Assembly (NCBI GenBank): GCA_000002445.1
Contig: CP000067.1
Span: 448,001 to 512,000 of the forward strand
Origin: Trypanosoma brucei
Taxonomy: Eukaryota
Length of the DNA: 64,000 nt
Direction of reading: 5' to 3'
Shown: piece after piece, positions 56,608-64,000 of the stretch
How positions within the stretch are numbered: position 1 is the first letter of the stretch
How the letters are laid out: each line of letters begins with the position of its first letter
Translations under genes and position numbers: made by a program
The notes under the pieces: model-generated
What the model was told of the DNA's origin: nothing
Seen by the model: only the letters and a program-made list of their open reading frames with translations
The model's database searches: none

Positions 56608-57346
56608 ACTGGTTGTGACGATAGCCTGCTAAAAAAAATTCCTCTCCTCACACGAACAGCCACCCTCTTATCATTTCAAGGATTCCCCCACCAAGACACG
56701 TGAGGAGGCGACTCGCACGAGGAAAACGTCGAAAAAATGATCTAGGAAAAAAGTGAGAAATTGCGTGTCACAGAGTCGCCATATGATATACCGCTGGTGC
56801 CAATGCAGCCCACAAAAGCGAAGGGAAGGGAGGACCAAAGGAGACGCAGTGCAGCATATCTGTGGAATACGAAGCAGTGCCACACTCCTAACAAAATGGA
56901 TGGGGGACTAAATAGTATAAATAATTACTTAAGACACACCAAGATCGCTGCGTTTACAGGAGAGATAGAGAAAGAGGTAAGGAAAAAAAGTGATGTAAAC
57001 GCCCTCTCCACTGCTTTAATAAATCACGATTTCCTTTATTCAGTTATTGTTTTTTTTCTTTTACCGAGGACTGCCGTTCTCTCTTGTCGCCTTTCACCAC
57101 CTGTCTCTGACTGTAGGTGGTCAGATACACGAAGGAAGTGCCAACTTTTTTTCACCCGCAGCACCCTTTTCCCTCCGCCATCTGCACACGTACAGAAAAA
57201 GAAAATCCTCCCCGTGGTGAAAAGAAGAAACAACAACGAAAACAATATTGGGTTATTGCTGCCACAAAGCTCTATATTTATCTTTTTTCTTTTTATGTGC
57301 TGCCATTCTACTCACGCCACCCTCTTTCCCTGGAGAAAAGGAAACA

Positions 57347-58780
<1,434 letters not shown>

Positions 58781-59510
58781 TTAATGTTGAGGGCACGTCC
58801 GGAAACGTGTAGGGGGAAACAAATATGAAAATCCTAAAACGTCTGAGCAGTAGAGCATAGAAACACAAGAAAAAGTAAGAAATAAGAGAGTTTATGCACA
58901 CATGTACACGGGGATTTTTCTTGTCCTCAATACCCATCGCAAATGGATGGAAGTCCATAAAATTTTGTGGTGCTTGCGCAGTTACGGAAACCGTTTATAA
59001 AGATCATTATTTAGGGTAAACTGAGGCACAAAAAGTAAAGAAAGAGGGGACCATAGGCACCGGAACAACAGACACACGGAGATGCGAAACAAAAGTAGAT
59101 TAAGCAGGTATTTGCCAGCGTAAACGCGATGAAGCCCCCATAACAGAATTTTACACAACACAATTCGGCTTCTCGCATTTCTCGTCACCCCTATTCCCTT
59201 TGTGTAATTCGCCTGCTTCTCTCCACCCCCCCCCTACACCGCTTAATTTGGTGACAAAGTGCCCTTCTACTTCTGTCATCGACGTCACGTGTGCCGATAA
59301 CTTGTTCGGCACCCTTTTCTGAGCCTGCACTCACGTTCTCCTTCGACCGGGAGTTAAAAAGCCCAACAAGACCTCCTTTAAGTTTCACAATAAATAGTGT
59401 GGCACCGCGCACACAACAACGCCGTGCACCGTTTCATCGAGGACCGTTATGCCTTTGAGTATCCCCGTCTCCAACACCGCCTCCGTTCTGACAGTATCTC
59501 CCCCTCCCCT

Positions 59511-59792
59511 CTACAGGTTCGACGGGGGCACTACCTTTTCCGCAAGCTCTACAAACTTCCTCTTTGCCTCATCTTTGCTCAACTTTTCGTACTTTTTGCG
59601 TGCATTCCATTTGGTCGATGCCACAACATTCACGCGCGACGGTTTGGGAGTCTTGACTGGCCCACCCGTCGCCTGATGCCAGAGGCCGTAGAGATCTAAC
59701 TTAGTCTGAATGGACATCCTTGGTCGCGTAGCCTTTACCCCTAACGTCTTCGAGAGCCGTTGGAACTTTTCATCAAGCGTTTCCTCCACCAT
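59511..59792 (-). CDS. Acyl-CoA-binding protein (ACBP)
   Basis: The ORF-track start at 59813 is GTG, and the first ATG at 59792 gives 93 aa: MVEETLDEKFQRLSKTLGVKATRP..KLDLYGLWHQATGGPV..TKWNARKKYEKLSKDEAKRKF, the four-helix ACBP signature (KLdLYgLyKQAT.G....W.AW). Confidence 0.8.
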   Translation of the reverse strand: MVEETLDEKFQRLSKTLGVKATRPRMSIQTKLDLYGLWHQATGGPVKTPKPSRVNVVASTKWNARKKYEKLSKDEAKRKFVELAEKVVPPSNL

Positions 59793-60175
59793 GTTGTCGG
59801 CGAAATAATGCACCCTTCATCCAAAGAAGATATTAAGTGTAAATTAAGAGGGAATAAAAGAGATGTACAAGCTCTTGTAAGAACGGTTGGACACCTGCGA
59901 GGAACAGGGGAGGGAGCAGTAACAAGAGCACACGCGTGCGACAAAAAAAATAACACGACATCCCTGTTCGTAAGTCTTCGCGCACCAACAACAGCAACGG
60001 ACGTAACAAACTTTCCTTAGAGTGGTAGTCGCAGTCAATTTGCTCGTAAGGTGCGCGACGGCACCCAGTAATACTGAGGGAAAGGGAGTCGGCTTGGCAA
60101 CAAGAAGTACTCTGAAGAGCAGTCTTTTGCATAAAGGCGGAGGACAAATGGGGGGAGGGGGAAGGCGAGAAAACC

Positions 60176-61456
60176 TCAAATTGTCCGCACGGCAAACCTC
60201 CCAGCCGTCGTAACATATTTGACACCTTTGTAGGGCTTTGTCAAATCATTCAACACCTGAACACTGTCGACGCGGATGCTACTCAGTAGATAGTTTGGGA
60301 TGCTGAACTCAACTAACGCAGAGCCTCCTGTACACGGCGCTAGTCCCTCCTTTTCCCTCTCCGTACCAAACGTAAACTCGCCACTAAGTGAGCACGTGCC
60401 ACGATGAAGTGACCCTACATTCCACACCAGCATGTTACGTGCCTTCTTAAAGTTCGTGTTCCCGTGTGAGATGCTGTGCACCTGCACCGCCTCTGTCTGG
60501 GGCGGAAGGGGAAGGTGGATGATAAGTTTCTGAATCTCGTATTCCCTGCTCCTTGCTGCGAGACCAGAACCACGGAATCCCACCATACAGTTAAATCGAC
60601 CAACACTGGCATTAAAAGTAATTTGCGGTGTAACATAGAAGGGAACCTGCACACTATTGGCCATTTTACAGCGGTACTGCAACAGCGTAAACTTCCCATC
60701 AACAGGTATAAAACTGATCATGCGGTCGACCTCGTAACGGCTACGTCGAACACACCGATGCATGGCAATGTCTTCGATGCAATCGATGCCAGTTAACCGC
60801 ATGATGACTTCGGGCAGCCCACTCAGACGACAGTTCACCTCCACGGCACCACGGACAGCGCTCTGCACCACATTTCCTTCGCAATCGACTATGCAATCCA
60901 AATTTTCCACTATATCGAAGAAAATCTCATTTGATGAGTGCTTTGTCGCAGGGTCCCGCCACGGTACGGCACGGGAACCCATATGGCGCCGCTTTATCGC
61001 TACTGGTGCTTCCAGAGCACTACGAAACACATTTTCTAACGACGGTGGAAGCACCAACTCCTCTAGCACGTGCATTTCAGTTGTCAGTGGGTATCCATTG
61101 TCAATGAGCTCCACAAGCAATTGATACACCAAAGAAAAATTCTCACGCAACGTGCTCTCAGAGATGACTTTGAGGTACTTTTGCACCACTTTTGCGGCCA
61201 GCGCTAGGACTTCCATCACGAATAGGGGGAAACACTCACTTGTTGCAACCGCCAGGAGGACGACATCGTTACGATGGATTTGAATAAAGGCAAACCGGCT
61301 GTACGTAATAACAGCGGGTGCCTCTTCAATCGAACGCAATGGAGTCATATAGGTGCACCAGAAGTCTTCCAGGCTGGAGCGGGGTACCTTCTCACGGAAT
61401 TCCTTCTCAATAATAACCTCGCCATGCTTATTAAGGAAGAAAAGGCCGGTTATCAT
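60176..61456 (-). CDS. Adaptor protein complex mu subunit (mu-adaptin; AP-1/AP-3/AP-4 class not resolved)
   Basis: 426 aa. N-terminal longin-like domain (MITGLFFLNKHGEVIIEKEF...), then the mu-homology domain (..NEIFFDIVENLDCIVD.., ..RSRYEVDRMISFIPVDGKFTLLQYR..). ATG confirmed (CAT 61454-61456). Confidence 0.85.
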   Translation of the reverse strand: MITGLFFLNKHGEVIIEKEFREKVPRSSLEDFWCTYMTPLRSIEEAPAVITYSRFAFIQIHRNDVVLLAVATSECFPLFVMEVLALAAKVVQKYLKVISESTLRENFSLVYQLLVELIDNGYPLTTEMHVLEELVLPPSLENVFRSALEAPVAIKRRHMGSRAVPWRDPATKHSSNEIFFDIVENLDCIVDCEGNVVQSAVRGAVEVNCRLSGLPEVIMRLTGIDCIEDIAMHRCVRRSRYEVDRMISFIPVDGKFTLLQYRCKMANSVQVPFYVTPQITFNASVGRFNCMVGFRGSGLAARSREYEIQKLIIHLPLPPQTEAVQVHSISHGNTNFKKARNMLVWNVGSLHRGTCSLSGEFTFGTEREKEGLAPCTGGSALVEFSIPNYLLSSIRVDSVQVLNDLTKPYKGVKYVTTAGRFAVRTI

Positions 61457-62452
61457 GTTCCTCTGATCTCAGTTTGTCTTCTACAGAACACCCCGCCAAC
61501 ACAACAATCACCTACATGCGGAAGTTAAAAGCAGCAGTGGAAGTCAATTTAAAAAAAAAAGAAGACGAGGGAGAAGTAAGAGGAGAGAAATCATTATTGA
61601 TGTATACAAAAAATAAAATGCCAAGTGAAGGGTCCGACACGCGACCGCGAAGGCACCAGCATCAGCAACATCACCCGAACACCCGTGCAGGCAAGCAACG
61701 GAAAGAAAGGAACCATACCCAAAATGCGTATCATTATTTTTATACCTTCTGCGTCTACGCTTCAAGAGGAAAAAAAACCCTTCCCCCAAAAGCTAGCTGG
61801 TGGGGGATGGTAATATAGTGAAGCACCTCCAAGCAGACACTGCGGCCTCCCTACTCCAAGCAGCAAAGTTGTGGATAATCCTCAACAAACACACTGCACT
61901 AGAGAGGTGGTTCAGTGCTCAGAATCATGAAACAGAAACACAGCAAAAAAAGAAAAAAAGGAGGGAAAGGCTTCTTGTTTTTTTTTCTTGCACAAAAGAG
62001 ATAATGCCGGACACAGCAACGCAGCAGGCAACCAAACAAGAAAAAAAAAACAGAAACCAGATCCGACCAACACAGAAACAAATATATGTATAAATATTTA
62101 CGCATAATTCATTGAATGCATAAAACTCCGATTTTCTTCCTCTACATTCACCTCTTTCCCTTTTTCTTAGCGTTCGCCCCCCTCACACCTCAAGACACCT
62201 AACCCCAGTGGGAGCACATCAAGCATATGAAAATATTGAAGTATTCAGTATCAGGCATAGTCATAACAGCCAAAGCGAGAAAAACAAACAATCGTAGTGG
62301 CATGAAAGCCCTTATTATCCCTAGCTCACAAACAAAACAGAAAAAAAAACATTCCCTCAACCACAACACAAGGGGGACAAAAACTGTGGGGTTAAAAGAT
62401 AGAACAAACAGTGACTTCTCAAAGTGGCACCGTAAACCGAGCATGCTCCACT

Positions 62453-63106
62453 TCAGTTGCCTTCACCCAAATCGCTGCCGTCCCGCTGACTCCCATGCGC
62501 ACCACCGCCGGTGCCACCACGACCTCGGCCGCGACCTCGCCCACGGCTGCCAGCAGCACCGCGACCACCACCGCGGCTGCCGCCACCTCGCCCAGCACCG
62601 CGACCACCAGCACGGCTGCCACCACCACCACCACGCCCACGACTGATTTGGGAACGTTCCTCTTCCTCCTTCACCTCAGACTCGGGGAGCGGGGCCTGGT
62701 AACCAATGTGGTTCACATCCAGCGGCTTCAACGACAGCGTAATAAGAATCGTTGAAACTTTCCGCTCCACCTCCTTCTTCTCTGTCTTATCATCATTACC
62801 CTCGTACGTGTCGTGGATAACTTCAGACGAGATTTCGGTCGTCTGATGAAGGCCAGCCACACGGCGCTTCAGCACTTCCGCGACGCCGACCGCGCTGCGG
62901 ATAGCAGCACCCATAGCACTGATCTTCACGGAGTCATACTTCGGTTTCCCCTCCTCACCACGTAGGAGCGCTAACGCATACGTGATGTAACCACGGCTTC
63001 CAGGCCTCGCAGTCACACGGATCTCATTCTCAGCACCCTGGCCCTTTTCCTTAGCACCCTCGTTTTTGGTTCGTTGGCGATCGTCGTGCGACGGATATGA
63101 AGGCAT
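62453..63106 (-). CDS. Alba-domain nucleic-acid-binding protein with C-terminal RGG/RG repeat tail
   Basis: 217 aa. Alba fold signature IRVTARPGSRGYITYALALL..ISAMGAAIRSAVGVAEVLKRR, followed by GRGGGGGSRAGGRGAGRGGGSRGGGRG..RGRGRGRGG. ATG confirmed (CAT 63104-63106). It resembles the kinetoplastid ALBA3/ALBA4 class. Confidence 0.8.
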   Translation of the reverse strand: MPSYPSHDDRQRTKNEGAKEKGQGAENEIRVTARPGSRGYITYALALLRGEEGKPKYDSVKISAMGAAIRSAVGVAEVLKRRVAGLHQTTEISSEVIHDTYEGNDDKTEKKEVERKVSTILITLSLKPLDVNHIGYQAPLPESEVKEEEERSQISRGRGGGGGSRAGGRGAGRGGGSRGGGRGAAGSRGRGRGRGRGGTGGGAHGSQRDGSDLGEGN

Positions 63107-64000
63107 CGTCAGCTTGTGCTTGAAAATACAGGTTTACCTTGGTGAGTTATTAATGCGATTAATGTGTATTGAATATATATTGCTTTTATTTATATACCCA
63201 AATATATGTATTCTTGTGGAAAGGCGAGTCAACAAGAGGCCGAGTTACTCCTGCAAAGCATATTTATATAAAAAAAATAGAAGGGATTGCGGTAAACAAT
63301 GAAACGTAGCACAAGAAAGAGAGGCAACGTATTTTTCATAGAAGCTCGGTACCACTTAAATTTTGACGTACGTGGAGGATAGAACAAAACACACGTCTGT
63401 AGGCCGCACGTGGTGGACAGGAAGACACCAGAGTACGGGCCAGAAACACTTAAAACAGTAGCTGCCTAACACGCACGGGCACACAACCAAAGCAAAAAAA
63501 AAATCTGCCACACCACACATCACTGAAACATTCACCATAGAAACGGTCCCGGTCCTTTTATCGTGGCTTCCACCAAGGTGGTACTGGTGCTCTTCCTACA
63601 GGGTTGTACACTCGATCCCAACAAAACTCATTGTTCGCTAATCACGTAATTGACGCTTAAATGTCCGTGACGGAGCCCACCGCTCCGCTTGGACGAGTTG
63701 ACAGTTGACACACGCCCCATCAGGGCGGAGGAGCGCTGGAACGATTCGTCCCTCGAGCACCCAAAGAACGATAACGGCTCGTGGTTGAGGCACCTCTTCT
63801 TTTTCAGCCAAACTAATACCTGCATTTTATTGTTGGAGCCTCTTTCTGAATTTTTCGGCGGCGGCCCACTCGTACCAACTAATCGAAGTCACGTTTTTAG
63901 TCCATCCTTCCCTGTCCTGGTCGTGTGGTTCAGCAGTCAAATGCTGCCCTCGCCCCTCACAAATGAGGTATTCGAGCGACGATACACGAATCGTGCACCT

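Overview
The window looks like chromosomal DNA from a kinetoplastid, most likely an African trypanosome of the Trypanosoma brucei group. I base this on the sequence alone: intron-less, densely packed, GC-richer coding sequences, all on the minus strand, separated by AT-rich, microsatellite-rich intergenic DNA with polypyrimidine tracts plus AG dinucleotides (spliced-leader acceptor signals) upstream of each start. The gene set (RPL3 in tandem, EFSec, SUV3, RuvBL2, an Alba protein with an RGG tail) fits this lineage. It is not prokaryotic. I found no CRISPR array, rRNA, tRNA, mobile element or operon-type system. The whole 64 kb appears to be part of one minus-strand polycistronic transcription unit with about 24 protein-coding genes, seven of them hypothetical, plus one low-confidence small ORF (4480-4824). 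The recognisable ones, in coordinate order, are two identical tandem copies of ribosomal protein L3, a selenocysteine-specific elongation factor, URM1, a cytosolic (Nna1/CCP-type) M14 carboxypeptidase, SRP68, RPS19, a divergent PPP-family Ser/Thr phosphatase, the Bud23 rRNA methyltransferase, eIF3g, a coiled-coil/WD40 protein, an NADPH diflavin reductase, a CNNM/DUF21-CBS transporter, SUV3 helicase, RuvB-like 2, acyl-CoA-binding protein, an AP-complex mu subunit and an Alba-domain RGG protein. The supplied ORF track appears to accept GTG and TTG as starts, so several N-termini were moved to the first in-frame ATG. Observations worth a second look are: the ~1.65 kb tandem RPL3 duplication; an 8.4 kb microsatellite desert inside the transcription unit; a perfect 23-bp-stem hairpin; a ~50-nt imperfect inverted repeat built from (CACTT)n and (TTTTC)n; a non-repetitive ORF-free segment with a candidate small basic protein; and several kinetoplastid-type hypothetical proteins. 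I see no novel defence or operon-like system here.
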